From Parcubacteria group bacterium (lineage in GTDB: Bacteria; Patescibacteriota; Minisyncoccia; Phycocordibacterales; Phycocordibacteraceae), in the NCBI GenBank assembly GCA_028286605.1, contig JAQBRE010000002.1, forward strand, positions 326,011-390,010: DNA of 64,000 nucleotides. The letters run 5' to 3'. The notes beneath the pieces were generated by a model that saw only the letters and a program-made list of their open reading frames with translations, was not told where the DNA came from and searched no databases. Position numbers and translations under genes: made by a program. Below, in pieces: positions 46,530-54,290 of the stretch (the stretch's first letter is position 1; each line of letters opens with the position of its first letter).

Positions 46530-46601
46530 TGACTCCACGGGGAATCGAACCCCGATTTCAGCCGTGAAAGGGCCGCGTCCTAACCGTTAGACGATGGAGC
46601 C
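46530..46601 (-). tRNA. tRNA-Glu (anticodon TTC). CCA not encoded.
   Basis: Reverse complement GGCTCCA-TC-GTCT-AACGGTTAG-GAC..., anticodon loop CTTTCAC, T-arm CGGGG-TTCGATT-CCCCG, acceptor TGGAGTC. Confidence 0.85.
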
Positions 46602-46623
46602 TTCTGTGAAGGCGGCACCAGCC

Positions 46624-46659
46624 TATCCTAGCATTTTTGGGCCCAAAAATGCTAGGATA
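46624..46659. repeat. 36 bp perfect palindrome (TATCCTAGCATTTTTGGG|CCCAAAAATGCTAGGATA) in the divergent intergenic region between tRNA-Glu (-) and tRNA-Ser (+)
   Basis: Arms are exact reverse complements, with a GGGCCC centre. Confidence 0.55.
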
Positions 46660-46684
46660 CCAAGGTTCAACCAATTTTTACCCT

Positions 46685-46769
46685 GGAGAGGTGGCAGAGT
46701 GGTCGAATGCACCGGTTTCGAAAACCGGCGTACCGCAAGGTACCGGGAGTTCGAATCTCCCCCTCTCCG
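46685..46769 (+). tRNA. tRNA-Ser (anticodon CGA), type II. CCA not encoded.
   Basis: Acceptor GGAGAGG/CCTCTCC, anticodon stem CCGGT/ACCGG, loop TTCGAAA, long variable arm, T-loop GTTCGAATC. Confidence 0.85.
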
Positions 46770-46774
46770 CAAAT

Positions 46775-46804
46775 AATGAACGCCTGCTTCAGCAGGCGTT
46801 CATT
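46775..46804 (+). terminator. Hairpin terminator after tRNA-Ser(CGA)
   Basis: aatgaacgcctgc-ttca-gcaggcgttcatt. Confidence 0.55.
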
Positions 46805-46845
46805 CGTATCTGCTAGTATAGATAAATATCAGTTATTGCACTGTC

Positions 46846-47226
46846 ATGATCCAGCACCTCACTATTCACGTTAATGACATTGAGAAGAGTAAAGAATTCT
46901 ATCTCGAAGCACTGAAGCCGCTAGGTTATGAATTGATTAGTGATCATCCAGAATGGAAACTCGCCGGCATCGGGAAAAACGGAAAATCTGAGCTGTGGAT
47001 ATATGCAGCTGAAGGAGCAAAGCAAGTGGGGCACGTTGCGTTCGCAGCACTTAGTAAGGAGGAAGTGGATGGTTTCCATGCCGCAGCGCTTACTCATGGT
47101 GGCACCGATAATGGTGCGCCGGGATATCGCAAGGATTATGCTCCGAACTATTACGCATCGTTCGCGTTTGATCCGAGCGGTAACAACATCGAGACAGTGT
47201 TCATGGATCCCGATCCAACGATCTAG
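46846..47226 (+). CDS. VOC (glyoxalase/bleomycin-resistance) family protein
   Basis: MIQHLTIHVNDIEKSKEFY N-terminus with paired beta-alpha-beta-beta-beta modules. 126 aa. Confidence 0.7.
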   Translation: MIQHLTIHVNDIEKSKEFYLEALKPLGYELISDHPEWKLAGIGKNGKSELWIYAAEGAKQVGHVAFAALSKEEVDGFHAAALTHGGTDNGAPGYRKDYAPNYYASFAFDPSGNNIETVFMDPDPTI

Positions 47227-47232
47227 CGATTC

Positions 47233-47808
47233 ATGGTGACATCCGCCGAGTGGCTAGAACTTTTCTTGAACCTGATCGTCTTGGCCTTCGGATTCAAACT
47301 CGTGTCCGAAATAGCCCGCAACGGAAAGGTACCGCCTTTCATACGTACGCGTACCCTGATTGCGCAAGAGATCGCTGATGCGTTCGGAACGCTTCCGAAA
47401 GGAAGCGTCGTGTATGACCCTGGCTGCGGCGATGGACGAGTGCTTTTTGCTATCGCCGCGAAGAATCCGGGCGTGCAGTGCGTCGGCATCGAATTGCGCC
47501 TGTTCCCATACTTTCTGGCACTGCGTCGCCGCGCTGCATTCCTGCGAGAGTATCCGGAAGCGAAAGTCAGGGTTATTCGCGGCAACAGCTTCAAACAGGA
47601 TCTTTCGTCCGCAACGCATGTGTATACGTATCTTTATCCTGAAGTGCTAGATAGATTGTTACCTAAGTTCGAGAAAGAGCTTCACCCCGGCACTATACTT
47701 ATTTCGCTGGATTTCAAATTCTTGAAGAAGATATCAGAACGAATAATTCCGCTTGCGCACGCAGAGAAAGGGAAGCTGGGTGAAACGTTATATGTATACC
47801 GCTTCTGA
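47233..47808 (+). CDS. Class I SAM-dependent methyltransferase
   Basis: Motif I VYDPGCGDGR and downstream VGIELR. 191 aa. Confidence 0.65.
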   Translation: MVTSAEWLELFLNLIVLAFGFKLVSEIARNGKVPPFIRTRTLIAQEIADAFGTLPKGSVVYDPGCGDGRVLFAIAAKNPGVQCVGIELRLFPYFLALRRRAAFLREYPEAKVRVIRGNSFKQDLSSATHVYTYLYPEVLDRLLPKFEKELHPGTILISLDFKFLKKISERIIPLAHAEKGKLGETLYVYRF

Positions 47809-48487
47809 TTTTAAGGTAACGCCGAAGGAAGCAGTGCAGCTGCAGAAGCAGCTGCGTGAACAGGTGAAGCTCGTGCCGCTTGAGAAAGCGCCCGTACTGA
47901 TAGGTGGTTGCGATGTGAGCATGAATCGATTCGCGAAAGAAGGGTTCGCCGGCTTCGTTACGCTTACGTATCCCGAACTGGTACTCATCGATCATGCAGT
48001 GGTGAAAGATACGATTCCATTCCCGTATGTGCCGGGCTTGCTTTCGTTCCGGGAGATTCCGATGCTTGCGAAGGCATGGGAGAGGCTGAAAACGAAACCG
48101 GATGTATTGGTGGTTGATGGTATCGGTATTGCGCACCCGCGACGGCTGGGCATCGCGACGCATCTGGGGCTCGTGCTTGGTATTCCAACAATAGGTTGTG
48201 CGAAGTCAGTACTCACAGGCATATATGAGGAGCCGGGAAATGAGCCGGGTGATATTTCATATTTGTATGACAAATATAATAAAGAAGAGATTATCGGAGC
48301 TGCGCTCCGCACGAAGCGAAATGTGAAGCCGGTCTTCGTGTCGCCGGGGCACCTCATCACGCTGCAGGAATCGATCGATCTGGTGTATTCCTGCGTCCGT
48401 AAACATCGCCTTCCTGAGGCGACGCGCTTCGCTCATAATACGGTGAATGAGTACCGCATTGCAGATATGCAGCAGGTTGCTCTTTGA
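47792..48487 (+). CDS. nfi: Endonuclease V (deoxyinosine 3' endonuclease)
   Basis: GGCDVS..., DGIGIAHPRRLGIATHLG, PTIGCAKS motifs. Start taken at MYTASDF; the track's start at 47753 overlaps the upstream gene. Confidence 0.8.
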   Translation: MYTASDFKVTPKEAVQLQKQLREQVKLVPLEKAPVLIGGCDVSMNRFAKEGFAGFVTLTYPELVLIDHAVVKDTIPFPYVPGLLSFREIPMLAKAWERLKTKPDVLVVDGIGIAHPRRLGIATHLGLVLGIPTIGCAKSVLTGIYEEPGNEPGDISYLYDKYNKEEIIGAALRTKRNVKPVFVSPGHLITLQESIDLVYSCVRKHRLPEATRFAHNTVNEYRIADMQQVAL

Positions 48488-48579
48488 GGCGGGCCACGTA
48501 TACTGCGGATACAGGTCGAATCATTGCCAGCCAATCTTGGACTGGCCTTTGCTTTTGTAAGGGCCGTCTACCAAATACT

Positions 48580-48717
48580 ATGGATTCAGAAGAAGAAAAG
48601 ATCGTCGCCCCAGAGACCGAAGAGGCTGCTGAGGAAGGCGCGGAGGTTGTTGCTCCTGCAGAAGATGCAGAGGAAGCAGCTCCTGCAGCTGACAATGATG
48701 AGGAAGTTGCTGCATAA
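48580..48717 (+). CDS. Possible small acidic protein (45 aa, Glu/Ala-rich). Low confidence.
   Basis: ATG-initiated ORF MDSEEEKIVAPETEEAAEEG..., immediately followed by a strong terminator. No clear Shine-Dalgarno sequence. Confidence 0.25.
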   Translation: MDSEEEKIVAPETEEAAEEGAEVVAPAEDAEEAAPAADNDEEVAA

Positions 48718-48740
48718 GCAGTCGCACTCATCTCCAACAG

Positions 48741-48769
48741 AAAAGCCGCGAGCGAAGCTCGCGGCTTTT
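48741..48769. terminator. Bidirectional terminator (downstream of trxB on the minus strand and of the small acidic ORF on the plus strand)
   Basis: aaaagccgcgagc-gaa-gctcgcggctttt. Confidence 0.65.
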
Positions 48770-48790
48770 CTTATTCTCACCATTCTTTCA

Positions 48791-49714
48791 TTAGTGCATC
48801 TTCACCCAAAGGTAAATATCCTCGAGTGCCTTCACCGCGTCGCCTGCAGCGATATTGTTCTGATGATAGAGCTCGTCCGTGCAATCACCGGCTGCCCAGA
48901 CACCCTCCACGCTCGTGTGCTGATTCTTGGGGTCCGTCACGACGCGTCCGATCGCATCTAGTTCGACAAGGTCCTTTGCGAAGCTCGTGTTCGGTACGAC
49001 GCCGATCTCAACGAATATGCCTGTAACCGGAAGGGTAGTTTCTGCACCGGTCGTACGTTCCTTAACGACGAGGCCAGAAACGAATTTCTCTCCCTTCACC
49101 TCGACCGGTTCGCTGTTGCAGATCATATGCATCTTCGGATTCGAAATCAGCTTCTCCACCGTAATCGCATCACCCTTCAGCTCGCCGTGACGATGAATGA
49201 GCGTAACCGATTTCGCATACGCAAGCAGCTGCGCTGCGCTCTCAAGCCCAGCATTCCCGCCACCAACCACAGCCACGTCTTGGCCTGCAAAGATGGGCCC
49301 GTCACATGAGGCGCAGTAGGTGAGTCCCTTGTGTTCGAACGTGTCTGCGCCAGGCACCATAAGACGCCGGCGCGCAGCGCCGGAAGCGATGAGCACTGCT
49401 TTCGCGTCGAACGTATCTCCTTTCGTGGTCGTTGCGCGGAAACCCTCTTCAAACCGCTCCAGATGCTCTACACGGCTTCCTTCCTGTATAGATAGCACTT
49501 CGCCCGCATAGGTTTCCAAATGCTTCTGGAGGGACTTCTTCAGGTTCTCACCAGAAATCACCGGCGTGCCGATCCAGTTCTCGATACCCTCTGAAACCAC
49601 CGACTGCCCGCCGAATTCTTCTGCGACAAGAACCGTCTTCAATCGCTTGCGTGATGCATATACACCCGCTGCGACTCCTGCCGGCCCGCCTCCAATAATT
49701 ATCAAATCGTTCAT
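48791..49714 (-). CDS. trxB: Thioredoxin-disulfide reductase
   Basis: IIGGGPAG FAD motif, CASC redox-active disulfide, VVGGGNAG NADPH motif. 307 aa. Confidence 0.9.
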   Translation of the reverse strand: MNDLIIIGGGPAGVAAGVYASRKRLKTVLVAEEFGGQSVVSEGIENWIGTPVISGENLKKSLQKHLETYAGEVLSIQEGSRVEHLERFEEGFRATTTKGDTFDAKAVLIASGAARRRLMVPGADTFEHKGLTYCASCDGPIFAGQDVAVVGGGNAGLESAAQLLAYAKSVTLIHRHGELKGDAITVEKLISNPKMHMICNSEPVEVKGEKFVSGLVVKERTTGAETTLPVTGIFVEIGVVPNTSFAKDLVELDAIGRVVTDPKNQHTSVEGVWAAGDCTDELYHQNNIAAGDAVKALEDIYLWVKMH

Positions 49715-49739
49715 TTTTAAATTATATCAGGTACAGCAA

Positions 49740-49835
49740 AAAACACTCCGATAAAAGGGGCTGCGGAGCGCGACGGCGCGAGCCGGAGCAATTTTCCAGC
49801 AGGAAAATATGCGTACCCTTTTATCGGAGTGTTTT
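49740..49835. repeat. Copy 2 of the ~95 nt conserved structured element, located between the ftsZ stop and the trxB start
   Basis: AAAACACTCCGATAAAAGGG-[gctgcggagcgcgacggcgcgagccggagcaattttccagcaggaaaatatgcgta]-CCCTTTTATCGGAGTGTTTT. It has a 20 bp perfect outer stem. The core is identical to copy 1 except for compensatory changes. Confidence 0.6.
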
Positions 49836-49842
49836 GAGCTGT

Positions 49843-51117
49843 CTATTTCTTGTGGCGACGAAGGAAGCTTGGAATCGCGCCCCAGGTGTCGTCCTCTTCT
49901 TCGACGATAGGCGGCGTGATGGCCTGTGCGGTTTCGCGAGGCTTCGGCATTGCCGTTACGATAGGCTCTTCGCGTTCGCGGCGAGGAGGAAGGATAGGTC
50001 CCTCGTCTTCTGGCATTGGCATAGATGCTGGCGCTTCTTCGCGCGGTGCAGGGCGGCCGAGCACGTCATTGAAGATCTTTCCGCGGCTTTCTTCCTGCTC
50101 CTTCGCAGGCATCGTGAAGAGCGAGCGTTCGCCACCTGTGTATGACGCGGATCCATCCTGTTCAGGGAAACCGGTCGCGATGACGATGATGCGGAGCTGG
50201 CCCTTCTTAAGCTTCTCATCGCGCATGATACCGAAGATGACCTTCGCGCTCTTATCAACGGATTCGCCGATAACCTTCGCTGCTTCCTGTACTTCAAGGA
50301 TGCCGAGGTCGTCTGAACCTGCGACCACAAAGAGGATGCCACGAGCGCCGGTGATGGAAACATCGAGGAGCGGGGAATTAACGGCTGCTGCAGCGGCGTC
50401 CTTGGCACGGTTGTCGCCGTCTGCGATACCGATACCCATGAGCGCTGGGCCGGCACCTTCCATGATCGCCTTGATGTCGTTGAAGTCCGTGTTGATTTCA
50501 CCAGGAGTGGTGATGATATCGGAAACACCTTCCACTGCCTGACGAAGGATTTCATCGCAGAGCGCGAATGCATTCTTCGCGGAGGTCTGTGCTTCTACGA
50601 TAGAGAGAAGCTTGTCGTTAGGAATAACGAGATATGCGTCTACTTCCTTCTTAAGAGAAGCAAGACCGACTTCAGCGATCTCGGTGCGCTGTGCGCCTTC
50701 GAAGGTGAACGGCTTGGTGACGACGGCAACGGTGAGCGCGCCGAGCTCCTTCGCGATCTTCGCGACGACGCCTGCTGCGCCTGTTCCTGTTCCGCCACCC
50801 ATGCCGCAGGTGATGAAGACCATGTCTGAACCCTGAAGCGCTTCCTGAATCTCCTGACGTGTCTCTTCAGCGGCACGACGGCCGAGCTCTGGGTTCATTC
50901 CAGCACCGAGGCCCTTCGTGAGGTTCTTGCCGATGTGGATCTTACGCTTCGCGAGGCTGCGGTGCAGATCTTGCGCGTCCGTATTGATAGCGATGAACTC
51001 CACGCCCTTCACCTTGGAGTTGATCATGTGATTAACAGCATTGCCGCCAGAACCTCCACAGCCGACGACGCGGATGCGTGCGAACGTTTCGATTTCAGGG
51101 GTTACGCGCTTGGACAT
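49843..51117 (-). CDS. ftsZ: Cell division GTPase FtsZ
   Basis: GGGTGTGAAGVVAKIAKE tubulin signature. 424 aa with a C-terminal tail. Confidence 0.97.
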   Translation of the reverse strand: MSKRVTPEIETFARIRVVGCGGSGGNAVNHMINSKVKGVEFIAINTDAQDLHRSLAKRKIHIGKNLTKGLGAGMNPELGRRAAEETRQEIQEALQGSDMVFITCGMGGGTGTGAAGVVAKIAKELGALTVAVVTKPFTFEGAQRTEIAEVGLASLKKEVDAYLVIPNDKLLSIVEAQTSAKNAFALCDEILRQAVEGVSDIITTPGEINTDFNDIKAIMEGAGPALMGIGIADGDNRAKDAAAAAVNSPLLDVSITGARGILFVVAGSDDLGILEVQEAAKVIGESVDKSAKVIFGIMRDEKLKKGQLRIIVIATGFPEQDGSASYTGGERSLFTMPAKEQEESRGKIFNDVLGRPAPREEAPASMPMPEDEGPILPPRREREEPIVTAMPKPRETAQAITPPIVEEEDDTWGAIPSFLRRHKK

Positions 51118-51249
51118 AGGGGTATACGAAGAATGTGCCGGTTAGTCAACACATAGTACCAAATCCTTTAACAATGCAAACCTTGACGGGTTAATAGCCT
51201 GTGTTCGGGTTTATAAGCACTTTATCTCTTTTTAGTACGATAGAGGGCT

Positions 51250-51636
51250 ATGAAAAAAGATTTTAAAGGGTGGAATAAACAAAAAAGCGATATTGATGAT
51301 TCAGCACCACGACCATTCTTTCGTGAAGGTGAAGTATGGTGGTGCTCTTTAGGTGCGAACATTGGTTTTGAAATGGATGGAAAGAATGAAATATTCGAAC
51401 GTCCAGTATTTATACTTAAAAAATTCAATAATGAGACATGTTTGGTTCTCCCTACAACGTCTCAATCTAAGTCTGGACGTTTCTATTATCCATATATGAG
51501 TAATGGAAAGAAATTTGCAATTAATCTGTCACAAGTTCGACTTCTTGATGTAAAACGTTTGAGGCGTAGAGCGTATGTTCTGTCCCAAAAGCAACACAGT
51601 GAAATTAAAACTAAATTCATATCACTCCTTGAATAG
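51250..51636 (+). CDS. MazF/PemK-family endoribonuclease-like toxin paralog 2 (orphan), in a low-GC islet between ftsA and ftsZ
   Basis: GEVWWCSLGANIGFEMDG...FERPVFIL...ETCLVLPTTSQ aligns with the 8307..8696 protein over its full length. No antitoxin-sized ORF is adjacent. Confidence 0.6.
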   Translation: MKKDFKGWNKQKSDIDDSAPRPFFREGEVWWCSLGANIGFEMDGKNEIFERPVFILKKFNNETCLVLPTTSQSKSGRFYYPYMSNGKKFAINLSQVRLLDVKRLRRRAYVLSQKQHSEIKTKFISLLE

Positions 51637-51638
51637 AC

Positions 51639-51662
51639 GAAACCGCCCTTTCGGGCGGTTTC
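51639..51662 (+). terminator. Rho-independent terminator after mazF-like 2
   Basis: gaaaccgccc-tttc-gggcggtttc. Confidence 0.6.
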
Positions 51663-51780
51663 TCAGGGGCATGAAGCCGTATCAGATCGAAACTATGCAC
51701 TGCATAGAATCTCGGGGGCACGAAGGCCGTAATGTAGTTAGTATATCAGGCATCAAAATAGCGTCAACAAAAACAAGTTT

Positions 51781-51798
51781 GCCCCGCGTAAGCGGGGC
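51781..51798 (-). terminator. Terminator after ftsA (minus strand)
   Basis: gccccgc-gtaa-gcggggc, followed on the minus strand by cttgttttt. Confidence 0.5.
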
Positions 51799-51852
51799 GA
51801 GGCCGAAGCCATTTGTATCTATAGCTTAGCAAATGGCCAGGCAGGCAGTCAA

Positions 51853-53019
51853 CTATGGCATGAACTGCTTTATGAATCGTGCGAAGCCGCGTGTCAGATC
51901 GCCCATGACGTTTTTCTTCGGCGTATCGGTGTCTCCGGTGAGTCCCCAGAGCGCGAGACCATACGCGACTGCCCAGGTCGCGTCACGGATCTTCGTTTCA
52001 GAAGTGATGCGCATATCTGCAAGGCGCGACGGAAGGCTGAGCGTTCCTTTCGCAATATCACTGATCGTTCCCTGGCCTGCGCCGCCGCCGGAAAGGATGA
52101 TGCCGGCAGGAAGCGAGCCGTGACGATTGAGCGAACGAAGATGCTTCTCAATTAATTCGAACATCGTACGGAAACGAAGCGCGATTATTTCTTCGACTTT
52201 CTTTTTCGGATACATCGTGCCGGAAAGACGTCCGAGCTTGATGCGCTCCGCATCCTCAAGAGAGATCTTGAAACCGAGCGCGAGGTCGTCAGTGATATTA
52301 GTCGAACCGGTCTGGAATACTTTTACGGAAATGGGAAGGCCTTCATCGTAGACGACGATGGAAACGGTCTCGGCGCCGATGTTCGCGAGGACGCAGCCCT
52401 TCATCTTCTGATCTTTCGTAAGCGTTACGTACGAACCAGCAAGTGGGGAAGCCATGCGATCTATCACTTCGATGTCTGCGCCCTCTACGGCAGCGGTAAG
52501 CTGCTCTGCGTGCTGCGAAAGGCACGTAACGAACAGGAACTCACCTTCGAGGCGCGTACCCTTCATGCCGATGGGCGCGCCGAGCGTCTTCACGCCGTCA
52601 ACACGAAATTCCAAAGGAATTTCGTGCAGGACCTTGCGGTTCAGGAACTGAGGCTCGGCGGTACGTCGAGCCTCGTCACGCACCTTCTCCATATCTAAAT
52701 CGGTGATCTCCTGATCTGCGCGTGAGATTATCGTCTGGCCGCTTGCACGCGTCTCATCAAGTGACACGCCGCCCACTGCAAGGAAGGCAGACTTGATCGG
52801 CATGTGGATGATGCTCTCTGCCTGGCCCTTCGCGAGCTGAATGCTTTCGATGGCATCCTGCAGATCAACCACGTAGCCATGACGCAACCCCTGCGTCTCA
52901 CTGAGCCCGGTACCGATGATGCGTACCTGCGGACCCTCCTCGGTTATGACCTCTTCAACCACCACGACTTTCGTCTGGTGCGTGCCGATGTCAATTCCTG
53001 TTGCGATTCTTCGAGCCAT
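51853..53019 (-). CDS. ftsA: Cell division protein FtsA
   Basis: Actin-fold N-terminus GIDIGTHQTKVVV, and the SHS2 insert. 388 aa. Confidence 0.9.
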   Translation of the reverse strand: MARRIATGIDIGTHQTKVVVVEEVITEEGPQVRIIGTGLSETQGLRHGYVVDLQDAIESIQLAKGQAESIIHMPIKSAFLAVGGVSLDETRASGQTIISRADQEITDLDMEKVRDEARRTAEPQFLNRKVLHEIPLEFRVDGVKTLGAPIGMKGTRLEGEFLFVTCLSQHAEQLTAAVEGADIEVIDRMASPLAGSYVTLTKDQKMKGCVLANIGAETVSIVVYDEGLPISVKVFQTGSTNITDDLALGFKISLEDAERIKLGRLSGTMYPKKKVEEIIALRFRTMFELIEKHLRSLNRHGSLPAGIILSGGGAGQGTISDIAKGTLSLPSRLADMRITSETKIRDATWAVAYGLALWGLTGDTDTPKKNVMGDLTRGFARFIKQFMP

Positions 53020-53431
53020 GAGGAGAGGAGGAATTGGGTGTACTAATAAATCGGGAAAGGTATTCCCGTTCGTATCTATCCATTGTAGTGCCGTGTGGCA
53101 GTCCTTTCAAATGCAATAAACCGTGGATAAACAAAAAAGCAGTGAATGATGAGTATGAAAGGTCGTAATCCGGAGCCTGCTTCTTAGCTATTGTCGGACA
53201 AATGATGATTTCACCGGAGCGTTCTTTCTTCGTCGAACTGGTCTCATAGGAGAGCACATTCGGTATGTATTCTTTCTTGCGAAGCTGCTGATTCAATTTC
53301 TTCGCGCGAATCGTTCCGGCGAAGACGAGAGATATTTCCCACCCTGGAAGGATAGCGGCAGCGATTTTTTGATATGGCAAACCCGGCGCTGCGCGCCGGG
53401 TGAAATTTCGTACGTCAACCGTACTTGCCAT
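52991..53431 (-). CDS. ybeY: rRNA maturation RNase YbeY-like
   Basis: HGLLHLKGLPHG (H-x3-H-x5-H-like zinc motif) and VLSYE. 146 aa. Confidence 0.65.
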   Translation of the reverse strand: MASTVDVRNFTRRAAPGLPYQKIAAAILPGWEISLVFAGTIRAKKLNQQLRKKEYIPNVLSYETSSTKKERSGEIIICPTIAKKQAPDYDLSYSSFTAFLFIHGLLHLKGLPHGTTMDRYEREYLSRFISTPNSSSPHGSKNRNRN

Positions 53432-53439
53432 GTATAGGA

Positions 53440-53700
53440 TTACTTGCGGCCCTTCGTCTTGCGAGCTGCAGGGTCGATCTTGCCGAGCTTTACGAGCTGA
53501 TTGTATTCAGCGATGCGTTCGCCCTTAACCATAGCGCGCATGTGCTCTACGTTCTTGGACTTGCCACGAACGTAATAACGGGCAGCACGGAGGCCGCGGA
53601 CGATGTTGAGGCCCTGTGCACGGCGTGAGAAACGGCGAATAAGCGACGTAGCGCTTTCGTTCTTGCCGCGGCGGACTTCTACTCGGGTTGCTTTAGTCAT
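53440..53700 (-). CDS. rpsU: 30S ribosomal protein S21
   Basis: MTKATRVEVRRGKNESATSLIRRFSRRAQ... matches the bS21 pattern. The longer Arg-rich N-terminal extension in the track is rejected. Confidence 0.7.
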   Translation of the reverse strand: MTKATRVEVRRGKNESATSLIRRFSRRAQGLNIVRGLRAARYYVRGKSKNVEHMRAMVKGERIAEYNQLVKLGKIDPAARKTKGRK

Positions 53701-53753
53701 AATAGAGCGAACTGTAGCATAAATAAGCCTTTTTTGTCCAGAAACAGAAAACC

Positions 53754-53777
53754 CCTGAAGCGAATGCTTCAGGGGTG
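53754..53777 (-). terminator. Terminator after membrane protein gene 53796..54209 (minus strand)
   Basis: cccctgaagc-attcgc-ttcagggg, then ttttctgtttc on the minus strand. Confidence 0.55.
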
Positions 53778-53795
53778 CGGACAAGGAACCGTGGA

Positions 53796-54209
53796 TCAGG
53801 CGAGTTGCGGACAAAGCTCCTTGCGGATGTCGCCGTAGGCGCCGAGGATCGAAAGGCCGATCATCGACACCGTGACGCCGAAGACGGTGCCGCAATCGGT
53901 GAGGAGCTCCATCGGAGCCGTAAAGAACGTTCGTTCTTCGGGCTGCAGAGACAGGATGCCCCAGTGCAGGAGCGGCAGAAGGATTACCACGCCGGCAATC
54001 CAGCATGCCGTGAGCTTGAGGTTGAACCTCAGTCCATCGCTCCGGTTTTCGTGAACGCCCATCGAGGTGAGCAGGACCGCAGCGAAGACAGAGGCGAGAA
54101 GGCCGAAGGGGATCTCGATAGTGAGATTCCCTTGCATGCCGGCTCGCAGGAAGATGCTGTAGCAGAGCAAAGTAAGACCGTTGCTCGCCAAGAATGAACC
54201 AGTATTCAT
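53796..54209 (-). CDS. Hypothetical 4-TM membrane protein (137 aa)
   Basis: Strong SD (AAGGAGG, 9 nt spacer) and a consensus promoter upstream. Four hydrophobic helices. Confidence 0.55.
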   Translation of the reverse strand: MNTGSFLASNGLTLLCYSIFLRAGMQGNLTIEIPFGLLASVFAAVLLTSMGVHENRSDGLRFNLKLTACWIAGVVILLPLLHWGILSLQPEERTFFTAPMELLTDCGTVFGVTVSMIGLSILGAYGDIRKELCPQLA

Positions 54210-54249
54210 GTCAGTGGGCCTCCTTAGCCCGATTCAATTACCTGAAAAC

Positions 54250-54278
54250 ACTATACTCTTTAATATAAGTATTGTCAA
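54250..54278 (-). promoter_or_regulatory. Sigma-70-type promoter TTGACA-N17-TATAGT driving 53796..54209
   Basis: On the minus strand: TTGACAatacttatattaaagagTATAGT. Confidence 0.5.
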
Positions 54279-54290
54279 GTATATCGATCG

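Noticed and set aside
46771-46785. caaataatgaacg downstream of tRNA-Ser(CGA), resembling the left arm of the groES-type palindrome (CAAATAATGAcc)
   Set aside because: Only a 10-mer match, and it forms the 5' arm of an unrelated terminator hairpin. It is likely coincidental.
53775-54197. 140 aa plus-strand ORF opposite the 53796..54209 membrane protein
   Set aside because: The translation is highly charged (R/E/D). The minus-strand ORF has a consensus promoter, a strong SD and TM helices.
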